A DNA stretch of 54,846 bases, from positions 1-54,846 of the forward strand of contig JAVRCJ020000044.1 in NCBI GenBank assembly GCA_034530875.2, given 5' to 3'. Made by a program: the position numbers and the translations under genes. A model generated the notes under the pieces. That model saw nothing but the letters and a program-made list of their open reading frames with translations. It was not told the DNA's origin and searched no databases. Within the stretch, counting starts at the first letter, position 1; each line of letters starts with the position of its first letter. Source of the DNA: Nostoc sp. DedSLP01 (GTDB lineage: Bacteria > Cyanobacteriota > Cyanobacteriia > Cyanobacteriales > Nostocaceae). Shown piece after piece: positions 38,034 to 52,488 of the stretch.

Positions 38034-38149
38034 ATCTTGGGGCATAAAGCATAGGGAAGCAGAAGGTGTGGGAGGTGTGGGAAGCTTTTTTCCGATCTCC
38101 CCACACTTCCCCATCTTCTCTGCTCCTCTGCCTCCCCTGCTCCCCCTGC

Positions 38150-39172
38150 CTACTCCTGCGGTGGCTTCGGCCGCTTAATCGGCTTCGGAGTGGGTGTTTT
38201 GGGTATAGGTTTGGAAATTATAGGAGTATCACTGCCTGTACTTGTTTTCTTGATGGGACGGGGAGTTTCGCTGCCACGTCTGGGCGGGAATGGTTTTCTA
38301 CCACCACCGCCACCACCACCACGGGGGCCACCTTTGAATGGTGGTTTGCGTTTTTTGGGCAAATCAGCGATCGCTTCAGCTTTTTCTACCACTAAAACAT
38401 CAGCTTCTCGCTTGGCTTGGAAGTCCCAGAATTTTCCTACTGCTTTAGTAGTCAGCACCCCCCGCAATTTCAACTTAAAATATTTGGGTTTGTCAGTTGG
38501 TTTGCGTGGAGCTTGCTTAATTTTAACTACCAAGCTCTTAGCATCAAAAGATTGGTATACTACTTCACCACGAACAGAAAAACCGCCATCTGCGATATCT
38601 GATGAAGGTATCTGCGAAATTGTATTGAGTTCAGAGTCTTCGGATAAGCCATCATCAGGCGTTTCTACCTCTTGTGACTCCGATGGCTCGTCCTCATCGA
38701 TTGAGTTTTTAGCCAGATTTTCTGGCTCCCAAACTCCCACGATTTGGATGTGTAAAGTATCATTTTCTTGTCTTGTACGTGGATAGACTACCCACAAATG
38801 TTCTTTCTCTAAGTCTAGGTGATTCTTGACTAAGCTCATAATCCGCCCTAGAAGGACAGCATTGAGTTCTACACCATCTGTGGTTAGCAGCGTACCTTGG
38901 GTAAATTGTTCGCTGCTAGCATGATAACGACCCCGGACTAAGCCGATCGCTCGATATTGCATCGGCTCGCTAGGAGGGGGAATCGGCTGCTGTCGATTGG
39001 CTAAATTGCCATTTGAGTCAGTCTCGCTGGGATTAACAGGCGAAATTTCAACTTTAGAGGACTGGGTTGCTGCTGTATTAATAACATTAGCGGCTGCCTC
39101 TATGGTATTTTTTCCCTGGTTAGAGGCAGAAGAATTAGAAGGTTCGGGCAACGGCATCAGGTCGGAATTCAT
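38150..39172 (-). CDS. Conserved cyanobacterial hypothetical protein with a basic Pro/Gly-rich tail
   Basis: QYRAIGLV.G.Y and WVVYPRT motifs; AAGGAG RBS before ATG 39172. Confidence 0.8.
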   Translation of the reverse strand: MNSDLMPLPEPSNSSASNQGKNTIEAAANVINTAATQSSKVEISPVNPSETDSNGNLANRQQPIPPPSEPMQYRAIGLVRGRYHASSEQFTQGTLLTTDGVELNAVLLGRIMSLVKNHLDLEKEHLWVVYPRTRQENDTLHIQIVGVWEPENLAKNSIDEDEPSESQEVETPDDGLSEDSELNTISQIPSSDIADGGFSVRGEVVYQSFDAKSLVVKIKQAPRKPTDKPKYFKLKLRGVLTTKAVGKFWDFQAKREADVLVVEKAEAIADLPKKRKPPFKGGPRGGGGGGGRKPFPPRRGSETPRPIKKTSTGSDTPIISKPIPKTPTPKPIKRPKPPQE

Positions 39173-39550
39173 AAAAACTCCTTGCGGCACAGACACATCC
39201 CATTGTGGGATTTTACAAAGGCAGCGGGAAAGAACGTTTGTGCGGCTAATGAAAGTATATTTACTTTTCACAAAGTCACACTAGAGTACTTTACACAATC
39301 CTAAAGGCGTTAAATTTAGTGTGTAAACACTAAAAGTCTAATCTAGCGTCCAGACACTAGTTTCGGAAGCATATCACAGCTAGAAACCTGACGGCTCTTC
39401 CTAAAGTCATCACTTACTTTAGCAGTGTGGATAGTTAATTGTTATAAAATTCACAGACTATGAACGGTATTCCGCAAAGTTTTGGAAATTTTTAACTTTA
39501 CGATTCGTGTAAATCATAATGTCATTAGAATTCAGGAGAAAGACAAAACT

Positions 39551-40444
39551 GTGTCTCAACCGCGCAATCGCTGGATACTTCAAACGATCTTAGTGCTGGC
39601 AATTCTTGCTTTTGTTGGCGTTTCGGTGATTCCTTTATTGGGAGCATTTAATAATACGTCATTTTCTAGCCAGAATACCCCTAACACTACAGGCACTTTG
39701 ACCTCCGCTGACCAAAAATCAAAACTGGAAGACCAAGTACGGGGCTACGAACTGGTTTTGCAAAGGGAACCAGAAAATCAGACTGCGTTGAAAGGCTTAT
39801 TAGAGGCGCGGCTACAACTACTTAGTCAAAAACAAAAAAGTGAGGTGAAAGCGTCTGATATTCAAGTTGTCATCGAACCTCTAGAAAAGCTCGCTAAACT
39901 CAATCCCGAACAGTCACAATACGCAGTGCTACTGGCTCAAGCCAAACAGCAAATAGGCGATCGCGAAGGAGCCGCCCAAGCTTTTCGCTCAGTTTTAGAT
40001 ACTAAACCTGGTGATTTGTATGCTTTGCGAGGAATGGTGGCTCTGTTGCTCAGTCAGCAACGCCCCGAAGCAGCCATTGGTTTATTACAAGAAACTCTCA
40101 CCAATGCTGCCCAAGCAAATATAAATCAACCTGGAAGTATCGACACAGTGGCGGTGCAAGTGCTGTTAGGCAATGTTCACTTTTCCCAAAAACGCTATGC
40201 CCAAGCTGCATCTGTATACGATCAAGCAATTAAAAAAGATCCGAAGGATTTTCGCCCCGTTGCAGCAAAAGCGATGCTCCTAAAACAACAGGGCAAAGAT
40301 GCACAAGCAAAACCTTTATTTGATAGTGCCGCAGCTTTAGCACCAGCTCAATACAAAGACGAAATTAAGAAAGCTGCAAATGCTCCTATCCCTACCACTC
40401 CAGCAACTTCTAGCGCACCGACGCCGGAAAGTAAACCTAAGTGA
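39551..40444 (+). CDS. Membrane-anchored TPR protein
   Basis: CAGGAG RBS + GTG, N-terminal TM helix, TPR-like helices. Confidence 0.85.
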   Translation: MSQPRNRWILQTILVLAILAFVGVSVIPLLGAFNNTSFSSQNTPNTTGTLTSADQKSKLEDQVRGYELVLQREPENQTALKGLLEARLQLLSQKQKSEVKASDIQVVIEPLEKLAKLNPEQSQYAVLLAQAKQQIGDREGAAQAFRSVLDTKPGDLYALRGMVALLLSQQRPEAAIGLLQETLTNAAQANINQPGSIDTVAVQVLLGNVHFSQKRYAQAASVYDQAIKKDPKDFRPVAAKAMLLKQQGKDAQAKPLFDSAAALAPAQYKDEIKKAANAPIPTTPATSSAPTPESKPK

Positions 40445-40556
40445 TGGGTATGTGGGGCATGGGGCAAAGAAAGGAGCAGGGGAAAAGGGAAAAGGAATAA
40501 ATATAATCTTTCCCCATACCCAATGCCCAATGCCCCATGCCCTATTTACCCAATCC

Positions 40557-41177
40557 TCACACTCCTTCAATGGCAGCAACGATACCAAAGATGAAAAATA
40601 GGCATCCGCCAATCAGGGTGAGTTGACGCTCGGATATGCGACCGGCAATCATTTTGCCACCGATAACAGCGATCGCTGCACAAATCGCATGTCCCAAAAT
40701 TGCACCTGTGGTTACTCCAATGGCATTATTTCCGGCTGCTAAGGCAATGGTGGCAATTTGAGTGCGATCGCCCCACTCTGCCATAAATGTTAATGCAAAG
40801 GCTTCTATTAAAATTGCTAAGGAAGTTTTTTTCTTTGGTAGCTGCAAATCTGCTTGTTTCACCGCAGCTTCGGCTTCTTCTACAATTTCAGTGTCACAAG
40901 CAGAGGTAGGCATTTTACTAGCGTCGTACAACAGTTTGATGCCAAAAGCGATAAACAAAGTTATTTCAGCATAATGAATATAAACTTTTGGCAATAACGA
41001 CGCTGCTTGTCCAAATAATACTGAAAGAATTGTCATCGCCGCTAAAGCAGCTATCACACCCGTAAATACCAGCCGCCGCGAGTGATGCATTGCCAAAATC
41101 ACAGCAATAAAAAATGTTTTATCGCCTAGTTCTGAAACTGTAATTAATAACAAACCTGCGGTAAAAGCTGTTAACAC
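40557..41177 (-). CDS. TMEM165/GDT1 (UPF0016) Mn2+ exporter, Mnx/MneA-like
   Basis: Two ExGD(K/R)T motifs (ELGDKT, EWGDRT); GTG start at 41177 with GAGGAG RBS. Confidence 0.92.
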   Translation of the reverse strand: MLTAFTAGLLLITVSELGDKTFFIAVILAMHHSRRLVFTGVIAALAAMTILSVLFGQAASLLPKVYIHYAEITLFIAFGIKLLYDASKMPTSACDTEIVEEAEAAVKQADLQLPKKKTSLAILIEAFALTFMAEWGDRTQIATIALAAGNNAIGVTTGAILGHAICAAIAVIGGKMIAGRISERQLTLIGGCLFFIFGIVAAIEGV

Positions 41178-41228
41178 TCTTTCAAGCTCCTCAATTATCC
41201 TTGACCGATGTGAAGCTTGATGAGAGCC

Positions 41229-41279
41229 AAAAGACCTCACCAAGCTCACACTTTTCGGTGTGAACTTAGTGAAGGTCTC
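41229..41279 (-). terminator. Riboswitch expression-platform terminator
   Basis: GAGACCUUCACUAAGUUCACAC-loop-GUGUGAGCUUGGUGAGGUCU-UUU hairpin that uses the P1 3' strand of the aptamer. Confidence 0.75.
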
Positions 41280-41384
41280 GCTTTCAAATATTTTGGTTAC
41301 TTGCCACCTGAACCAGGCTCATCGCCAGTATGTTGATTCAGATGTACTGGCTTTTAAATGTTTTGCCAGCAGCTACTCCCCTTC
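41271..41384 (-). ncRNA. yybP-ykoY manganese riboswitch
   Basis: GAAGGGGAGUAGC ... UCAACAUAC ... GCGAGACCUUC signature upstream of a Mn exporter. Confidence 0.9.
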
Positions 41385-41574
41385 TATTGCTATGAGATTA
41401 TACATCTATCCCAAGTACGAGTCAAGGCAGCAGATAAGCGAAAACATGCATTTAGATTCAGTGCTATATCAATAAAGTTAGAGGTGACTGAATAATCACC
41501 TTAATTATTAGTCACCTACTTGATGATGCCGATTCAAAAAAGTCGGTTTTTCAATTGATTAATCGTACACAAGG

Positions 41575-42564
<990 letters not shown>

Positions 42565-42805
42565 CTATTAATCACCTTTTCCTATCTCCAGGATTTTACA
42601 TCACTGAGTTACCACCTTGATTGTTCACAGGTGTTATGGCTGGCGATAGCCTCTCACTAAATAACAGATTTTTTTAACCCTCACTCTCAGCAACTAGAGA
42701 CTCTTGAAGCTTTACTCTCGTTTTGAGTTATGGAAGCAATTGGAACTCGTGGCTTCAAGGAATTCTTAGACCGCACCTAACACTAAACTAATTTCCATTG
42801 CCTAA

Positions 42806-43126
42806 CTAATTAACTTTAAGCTTTGCCAATATCTCTAAGCGTTTAAGATAATTCTTCATATATTCAGCACTCTCTGTTGGAACACAACCATCGTTATACA
42901 AGTAAATTCTGTCTGTATTTGAATCACCATTGTAAGATAGCTTTGCTACTGTCGCTGAACCTATACCTTTCAATTCAACGCAAATAGGATAGTCTTGATA
43001 CTCGATGTGTTCCGTAGTCTTAAAGCCAACTGGCTTGTATTCCCTATTGAGGACTACATATCGTCCATCAGATTGTTTTTCAAGGCAGTAAGGAAGAAAG
43101 ACCGATCTGAAATCGTTAAGCGCCAT
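42806..43126 (-). CDS. Hypothetical protein
   Basis: 106-aa ORF with AAGGA RBS; motifs PYCL, LNREYKP and LYNDG. Confidence 0.7.
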   Translation of the reverse strand: MALNDFRSVFLPYCLEKQSDGRYVVLNREYKPVGFKTTEHIEYQDYPICVELKGIGSATVAKLSYNGDSNTDRIYLYNDGCVPTESAEYMKNYLKRLEILAKLKVN

Positions 43127-43337
43127 ATCGTTTTCCTTGGCTAGAATATTACACTTTCTGCCCTAGTGATATCACTAATACCAGCTTTTTTCCAAGATAA
43201 TAGCTGCGACTTAAGGACGGTTATGTTTTTGTCACTAGTCCAAGGATCTATACTTATGTTTTTAATCGAGGTGGACGAGGTAGTTACAATCCCCTCGATT
43301 CATTATGCAAGCAAGATAAAAAGATTTTTATCTTAGG

Positions 43338-45068
43338 TTAATACTTCCGTTCTTTTGGCTCAAACATAGTAATCGCTACAGGTCGATACTGTATATCAAT
43401 TCCGGCTGGCGAATAGTAAGCCATTGTGTGTTTGAGAAAGTTAGCATCATCTCGCTCAGAATAATCTTCGCGGAAATGTGCGCCACGACTTTCTTGGCGA
43501 TTGAGTGCTGATGCCAAAATGGTCTGTCCTACTACCATCAAACTTCTCAATTCTAAGGCTTCCACAAGTTCCGTATTCCAGCAACTTCCTTTGTCATCTA
43601 AATAAATTTCTGGATATCGCTGTTGGATTTGTGCTAGTTTTTCTAGTCCTTCACGCATTAATGCTTCTGTACGGAAAACACCGCAGTAATCAGTCATACA
43701 ATCTTGGAAGGCTTGACGAACTTGATTAATACGGTACTTTCCTGGCTGTTCTAGCAAAGCTTGAATTTGTTGCTTGGCTTCCTTTACGTAACGTTGCTCG
43801 TCTACAGAAGGCAATTTCCGTTTTTGCACAAATTGAGCGATCGCCGCCCCTGTGCGTTTGCCATAAACTACACATTCTAATAGCGAATTACTACCTAAGC
43901 GATTTGCTCCGTGGACGGAAACACAAGCTGTTTCCCCAGCGGCAAAGAATCCTTCAACAAAACCATCGCCACTACTGCGAACTTGACCGTCGATGTTAAC
44001 TGGGATACCACCCATACAATAGTGAATTGTCGGGCGCACTGGCATCGGTTGAGTTACAGCATCAACACCCACTAGTCGATGGGCTTCTTCCCAGCAGAAG
44101 GGAACGCGACTCATAATTTTTTCTTTACCCAGATGTCGCAAATCCAGATAGATAAACGGGCCGCCAGCACTACCGTCGGGATGAATACCCCGACCGGCGC
44201 GAATTTCATAAGCGATCGCCCGTGAGGTAATATCGCGAGGAGCTAGTTCCATACGGCTAGGCGCGTAGTTTTTCATAAAGCGATCGCCTTCGCTATTAAT
44301 TAGATACGCACCTTCACCGCGAACTGCTTCGGAAATCAGCACGCCGACGGGATACAAGCCTGTAGGATGAAATTGGACGAATTCCATATCTTCTAAAGGC
44401 AAACCGGCGATCGCAGTCATAGCCAAACCATCGCCGGAAGAAGCGTAATCGTTGGATGTGGTGTTATAAACGCGACCATAGCCGCCGGTCGCAAACATCA
44501 CTGCCTTTGCCCGCACAACCTCAACATGTCCGTCCAACAAATGGAACATCACCACACCCTTGGCTTGTCCATCTTCCAAAATCAGACGCATTACGTACCA
44601 CTCTTGATAAACTTGCACGCCATAGCGTCGCAGGTTGTTAACCAATTCATGCAAAATTGCGTGACCAGTCTTGTCTGCGGCGTAGCAAGTGCGGTTGTGG
44701 GAATGTCCGCCAAAAGCGCGTTGGGCAATACGGCCATCGGGTAAGCGAGAGAACAAAACGCCTAAATGTTCCAAGTCAATTACTACATCTGGCGCTTCCT
44801 GGGCGAGAATTGCCACTGCATCTTGATCTGCTAAATAGTCAGAACCCTTAACAGTATCAAAAGCGTGTGCCTCCCAGCTATCTTCAGAATCAACATTTTT
44901 CAGCGACGCCGCCATACCACCTTGGGCTGCCACTGAGTGGGAACGAATAGGGTGGGTTTTGGCAACTACAGCAATATTTAAACTAGGGTCGGTGCGGGCA
45001 ATTTCCACAGCAGCGCGACATCCCGCCAATCCACCCCCGACAATAATTACATCGTGTTCCAGCATCAT
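43338..45068 (-). CDS. sdhA: Succinate dehydrogenase/fumarate reductase flavoprotein subunit
   Basis: [16 protein letters not shown] (FAD His), QFHPT, HGANRLG and ESRGAH motifs. Confidence 0.96.
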   Translation of the reverse strand: MMLEHDVIIVGGGLAGCRAAVEIARTDPSLNIAVVAKTHPIRSHSVAAQGGMAASLKNVDSEDSWEAHAFDTVKGSDYLADQDAVAILAQEAPDVVIDLEHLGVLFSRLPDGRIAQRAFGGHSHNRTCYAADKTGHAILHELVNNLRRYGVQVYQEWYVMRLILEDGQAKGVVMFHLLDGHVEVVRAKAVMFATGGYGRVYNTTSNDYASSGDGLAMTAIAGLPLEDMEFVQFHPTGLYPVGVLISEAVRGEGAYLINSEGDRFMKNYAPSRMELAPRDITSRAIAYEIRAGRGIHPDGSAGGPFIYLDLRHLGKEKIMSRVPFCWEEAHRLVGVDAVTQPMPVRPTIHYCMGGIPVNIDGQVRSSGDGFVEGFFAAGETACVSVHGANRLGSNSLLECVVYGKRTGAAIAQFVQKRKLPSVDEQRYVKEAKQQIQALLEQPGKYRINQVRQAFQDCMTDYCGVFRTEALMREGLEKLAQIQQRYPEIYLDDKGSCWNTELVEALELRSLMVVGQTILASALNRQESRGAHFREDYSERDDANFLKHTMAYYSPAGIDIQYRPVAITMFEPKERKY

Positions 45069-45201
45069 TACCCCCGACTGCAAAGCACTGCTGTTCTATT
45101 GTAGAAACCAGATCTAAGGGTTTTACAATTGTTTGAAGTATATTACTACCCGTCTTAACCATACATTTCTACAAAAAAATTCCCTGCTCGTTGACAGGGA
45201 T

Positions 45202-45251
45202 GCGATACCTTCTCTACGAGACGCTACGCGAACGGTGGGCTTTGCCAACGC
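45202..45251 (+). repeat. Nested 21-nt SDR-like insertions within a HIP1 site
   Basis: GCGAT[ACCT{TCTCTACGAGACGCTACGCGA}ACGGTGGGCTTTGCCAA]CGC; both inner and outer inserts are 21 nt. Confidence 0.8.
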
Positions 45252-45446
45252 AAATTTCAAAGCCAGAAATAAAAGTTAATAATTAAGAGTTAATAAACAG
45301 ATACAGTGACCAAAAATAGGGTGTAAAGGAAGAAAAAATTGTATTTTTATACACCACCAGCGAAAATCGATCGGGCTATAAGCCCCACCAATTACCCGAC
45401 ACTTTTCGGTTTGACTCCTAACTCTTAATTGTTAACTCTTAATTCA

Positions 45447-45767
45447 TTAGCTGGTCGCTTGTACAGGTTGTTGCTGAGATACATTACCTGGGATAGGTTC
45501 GGTTTTGGTTCCAGGTTGTACAGGAACTAATTCAATATGATTTAACAATGTAGTCACAAACGCAAATAGTAAGAAAGGCAGCGATAGCAAAACGACCAGA
45601 CCCACTGTTGCTAAAGCGTATACAGGTTTCTTAGCACCCATTAGTGCCAAAGCCGATGCCAAACTTAGGGTAATTGTAATTAACCAAACAATTATTTGAC
45701 CGTAGATATCACCAAAGGTCAGGGTACAGACATAGCGATAGTTTTGAATATTATTTAAGCTCATCAC
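45447..45767 (-). CDS. Conserved small cyanobacterial membrane protein
   Basis: CTLTFGDIYGQ motif and two TM helices. Confidence 0.8.
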   Translation of the reverse strand: MMSLNNIQNYRYVCTLTFGDIYGQIIVWLITITLSLASALALMGAKKPVYALATVGLVVLLSLPFLLFAFVTTLLNHIELVPVQPGTKTEPIPGNVSQQQPVQATS

Positions 45768-46572
45768 ATTTGCCTCAAGTCTCTCCTATAGGTTCTACCT
45801 TAAAACCATGTTTGGCTTGCAGACAATTTCTAAATATTTTTGCAAGCTTTGTAATATAACTTCATATTAGATTTGTGTATTTTCTCAGGAAAATTTTAAG
45901 ATTCGATCGAACAACTATCTAAAGTCTAAGTTATGGCTTTAAAACTTAATTCAAATGACGTAGAGGAATTGTTGTAGAGTGGGATTCTCTACAATCAACG
46001 ATTGGCGATCGCTAATAGGTAATTGTTGAGCGTTTACAATTTTTTTGTTGAGTCTTAATACTACAAGAAATCGTATTACAGGGGTAGTGATAGTTAGAAT
46101 AACCAAGTTTCCACTACAGCAAAATCCCAACTTGCTCAATCCTGGAATGAAATACTGAGAGCGCTGAATGTCGAGGGAAAATAAGCTTTGAGGTAAATTG
46201 GCGATCGCTTCCTCTCTCAATAGACGCTTTGCTCTTCGGCATCAACAATATACAGCCAATTTCAAGGAAAGTGAAGTACACAACGATTCGTCCCCAAGCC
46301 ACCTATCAAACCTGCTTTACTTGTGAATTCTGCATTTGGAATTCTCAATTCAGGGGTAATAGTCGGCAAGTCAAGATAATTCTTGCCATCTGTTAAATTT
46401 CGCATCTTTAGGATATAGTAATTAACTTTTTGCTACTCGTTGTTAAGTAAATAAATCTATCAAAACCAGGATGTAAAAATTGATTTTTTGATGTTAAATT
46501 TTGAATATTGTCCGAATTTGTTGATTAAAATCAACAAATTCCTTAATCTTTCGTGACAATATTGTTTTAGGA

Positions 46573-47385
46573 GTGAACGTGAATACTACTTTTCTTCGTA
46601 AAGGTGTTTTTTGGTTACCAAGTATAGCTGCTCTTACCATCTTGAGTAGCGGCTTATCTGTTGTAGCTCAAACAGTTGATGCGGTAAGTACTCAGCCATT
46701 AACTGAGCCTCAGGCAACTGTAGCATCTCCTAGCGAATTAAATACCCAAGAGACTACAGAGACAACTGAAGCACCTACAGTAGCAAATGTAACTAAAATC
46801 CAGGGAGCTGACAGTGATGCGGTAGAGGAAACTCTCACACCGATTCCAGGGACAGTGGCAACCTCATCTGCAACGCTGAATTCGGAGACTTCTGAGCCTG
46901 TACAAGCAAATTCTCAGCCATCTAACCCCAGAGTAGCCCAATCAGATATCGATTTAGGTACAACTACCCGTGGCGGTAGCAGCTATGTTGGAGTTGCTGC
47001 CAACATTGGTTTGAGTGGTGACAGCTCATCTTTAGGCGATGGCAACTTTGCAGTAATCAGCAAAGTCGGCTTAACAAATGCTATATCAGTCCGGCCAGCC
47101 GCTATCTTTGGTAACAACACCACAGTTTTACTTCCGATCACATACGATTTTACCTTCCAGTCAGCAGATCCTTTTCGCGAACCGTTAGCCTTTGCACCTT
47201 ACGTAGGAGTAGGCGCAGCTTGGAAAACTAGTGGCGGTTCGGAATTTGCCTTTTTAGTATCCGGTGGCATTGATGTGCCTCTTAGTTCTCAATTTACGGC
47301 AACAGCATCTGTGAACGCAGGATTTTTCGATCAAACTGATATCGGTTTGTTATTAGGTGTTGGTTATAACTTCAATGGCTTTTAA
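46573..47385 (+). CDS. Outer-membrane beta-barrel protein with a low-complexity N-terminal linker
   Basis: Signal peptide, PYVGVG and terminal GVGYNF beta-signal; AGGAG RBS. Confidence 0.8.
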   Translation: MNVNTTFLRKGVFWLPSIAALTILSSGLSVVAQTVDAVSTQPLTEPQATVASPSELNTQETTETTEAPTVANVTKIQGADSDAVEETLTPIPGTVATSSATLNSETSEPVQANSQPSNPRVAQSDIDLGTTTRGGSSYVGVAANIGLSGDSSSLGDGNFAVISKVGLTNAISVRPAAIFGNNTTVLLPITYDFTFQSADPFREPLAFAPYVGVGAAWKTSGGSEFAFLVSGGIDVPLSSQFTATASVNAGFFDQTDIGLLLGVGYNFNGF

Positions 47386-47469
47386 AAGTTAGGAGTTAAA
47401 AGTTAGAAGTTAGGAGTTATTGATAGTAAACTCATAACTCCTCACTTCTAACTCATACCTCCTCACTTC

Positions 47470-48771
47470 CTACTTCGGGGTAACTTTATCAATTACCTTG
47501 ATTTTGCCGTCATCTCCTACTGCCCAGACATCATAAACGCCAACGACATCACCGTTAGGATCGACATCTACATTGCCACTGGCTCCTTGATAGTTAATAT
47601 CTTCCCCTTTTTTGAGTAACTTCAGTCCCTCGCAGACATCAGTAACTTCTGTACCAGGGCCGCTAGAAACTTCGCGGATATGCTTAGCTATACCTGAACC
47701 TGTATTTTCTTTAGCAGCTTGTGCCGCTAATACTAATAAAGCAGCAGCATCCCAAGATTGAGGAGCGAATTCTCCAGGAGAACCACCTTTTTTCTCTTGC
47801 CAGAGCTTTTTGAAAGCTTCTAATGCTTTACCATCAGAACCAGGTACTGTGCCGATAGTTCCAGATACAATGTATTTTCCGTCGCTACCTTTGCCAACTT
47901 GGCCGGGAAATTCGTCTGATTTCATACCATCAGTGAGCATCACTTGTACCCCTTTGCTCAAACCTTGCTGATATGCTGACTTGAGCAGTAGGCTACCTGT
48001 TTCTACATAAAAAACTCCAAGGACTGCATCCGGCTTCCCAGCAAAAGCAGCAGTGGCTTCAGTTTCAAAGGTAGTCGCTTTGGGGTCGTAGCGGACAGGA
48101 TTGTTTTTATTGACTATGGTTCCGCCCAATTTTTCAAAAGCTTGCACAAATGCTTTTTCAAAACCTACACCATAGTCGTTATTAATCACGACGGTAGATA
48201 CTCGCTTGAAACCTTTTTGAGTTGCGAGTTGGGCTAAAGCTGGCCCTTGGTAGCTATCAGGCGGAACTGTACGCGCCCAAAAGCCTTTGAAATCACCTTT
48301 TTGCGCCTTTTCTGTAAATACTGGGCTAGTGCTACCTGGTGAAATCATCATTACTTGATTTTGAGCAGCAATTGAAACAGCGGCTGTGGATACACTGCTA
48401 GCAAATGAGCCAACAACACCTGCAACTTTATCGACAGAAGCTAGTTTAGTCATACCAAGAGCACCAGCTTTTGGGTCTGTTTGGTCGTCTACAGCAACAA
48501 GGGTAACAGGTTGGCCGTTTACACCGCCGCAAGCATTGACAGTTTGCACCAGCAAGGGAACACTAGCAGCCATCTGCTGTCCTATAGACGCTAAATCTCC
48601 TGTGGTAGGCATTAGAGAACCAATTTTAAGTCCGCCACCGCTACTAGCAGGTGTAGCTTTAGTTTCACCGCCTGTAGTGTTAGGCCCACCACCGCCTTCA
48701 CAAGCACCCAAGAGAAACCCACTTACTAGCGTAGCTAGACTCAAGGTTAAGGCTGCACTAATTCTTCTCAT
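47470..48771 (-). CDS. natB: Neutral amino acid ABC transporter substrate-binding lipoprotein (NatB-like)
   Basis: Lipobox LGAC; LivJ-fold motifs GGVNG, FWARTVP.D and INYQGASG. Confidence 0.85.
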   Translation of the reverse strand: MRRISAALTLSLATLVSGFLLGACEGGGGPNTTGGETKATPASSGGGLKIGSLMPTTGDLASIGQQMAASVPLLVQTVNACGGVNGQPVTLVAVDDQTDPKAGALGMTKLASVDKVAGVVGSFASSVSTAAVSIAAQNQVMMISPGSTSPVFTEKAQKGDFKGFWARTVPPDSYQGPALAQLATQKGFKRVSTVVINNDYGVGFEKAFVQAFEKLGGTIVNKNNPVRYDPKATTFETEATAAFAGKPDAVLGVFYVETGSLLLKSAYQQGLSKGVQVMLTDGMKSDEFPGQVGKGSDGKYIVSGTIGTVPGSDGKALEAFKKLWQEKKGGSPGEFAPQSWDAAALLVLAAQAAKENTGSGIAKHIREVSSGPGTEVTDVCEGLKLLKKGEDINYQGASGNVDVDPNGDVVGVYDVWAVGDDGKIKVIDKVTPK

Positions 48772-48861
48772 AACTTACTTTCACTCCTCAGAATTTTTAG
48801 GAGCCTAAAAGTAATATCCAAACTAGGTTTGCAACCTAGTTTGACTCGATCAGGACTCCAA

Positions 48862-48904
48862 ATGATAGATCATATCATCCATCTAAAGAAGTAAAAGCAT
48901 TTAC
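48862..48904 (-). promoter_or_regulatory. Putative NtcA-activated promoter of natB
   Basis: GTA-N8-TAC at 48891-48904, then 23 nt, then minus-strand TATCAT (TAN3T) at 48867-48862. Confidence 0.55.
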
Positions 48905-48966
48905 CCTTACTATTAGTATTTTTTTCACACAATGTCATTATTGTGTGGGGTTCAAAATCTAAAAAA

Positions 48967-49058
48967 CGGAGAGGGAGGGATTCGAACCCTCGGTACGGAG
49001 TTGCCTGCCGTACAACAGATTAGCAATCTGCCGCTTTCGACCACTCAGCCACCTCTCC
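48967..49058 (-). tRNA. trnS: tRNA-Ser(GCU)
   Basis: Canonical cloverleaf, long variable arm, anticodon GCT, G73. Confidence 0.96.
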
Positions 49059-49141
49059 TCGGTCACGAATAACAATGTTAGCAGACTTATTCGGGCAAGT
49101 CAATTGTCATTTGTCTTTTGTGTTTCTGCTTTGACTAATGA

Positions 49142-49189
49142 ACGCCACTTGCTTTAACGGGGGGGGAACCACCAAGGGCGCAGTGGCTC
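49142..49189 (-). repeat. Dispersed ~45-48-bp palindromic repeat between STRR (TGACTAA) units
   Basis: Related to 15057-15101. Confidence 0.65.
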
Positions 49190-49225
49190 CTAATGACTAA
49201 TGACTAACGACCAATGACTAATTGC

Positions 49226-51581
<2,356 letters not shown>

Positions 51582-52488
51582 TTAACCTTACTGCCCTTCA
51601 ATATTTCTTAATGGTTTTGCCGTTCTCATTATACGTTGCAATCCGTTACATTTAGTAGTCATTGTGCGATCGCTTTCGCAAAGACGTTGTGTAAAAGGGA
51701 ATTTTGCCTCAGACACAGCCACAAAGACAACCATTACTGACAATGGCTTTGCACCCTTGATTTCATCTAGATTTAGACTACCAGATGTCGAGAAACAAAA
51801 GTCATTACCTCTGACTCAAAAAAGTGGTTATTAACTGTTGTCTCAAAGTAGTTGATTTCTTTAGGAATTCGTGTATTTGCTCTCTTTGAGAAAATTGGGG
51901 CAGTGAAAACAGACTGCTCAATGATTGAGGTATTACTTTGCTTTAATAAATTGTAATTTATGTAAAAATAAAGACTAAAGTAATTTGAAATTAAGTATTT
52001 TAACTGTTGTAACCAAGCTAAACCAGCAAGGTGTGAAATTCAATCAAAAACTATCAATAGCTTCAGTTTAGGGGTTAGTTGCGATCGCCCAAATTAACAA
52101 AATACATTTGATTACAGAAGCTCCTTGCAAATGTTGTTGTATTCCATAGTCAGCTCTGACAAATTCGATTTGTTACTTGATGAATAGGAATAATTCTTTT
52201 TTGGAAACAAAACGGACTAGCACAAATCCAAAACCACCTTTGCTGCAATTTTCACTAAAAATTCGCAACAAAAAATAATCCACATATCTTCATTTATTTT
52301 CTTTGGCATAGCCAAAGATGCGATAATTTCTACTTATTTTTTCTCGTCATCTCCTAGCATACGGAAAACTAAAGTTACATCTTTTCCATCGTCGCTGACC
52401 ATTTCTGATAAAGGTATTAGGATTAGGGTTGATGTTTTCTCAGTTGAGCATCCCAGGTTATTGCTACACAACTATCAGGTAAAAAATT

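Noticed and set aside
42770..42810. Integron attC-like sites (CCTAAC/GTTAGG) next to the orphan gene
   Set aside because: Both motifs have the same orientation and no attC hairpin is formed.
45951..46302. Two short minus-strand ORFs between divergent genes
   Set aside because: No recognisable motifs or RBS; cannot be supported as genes.
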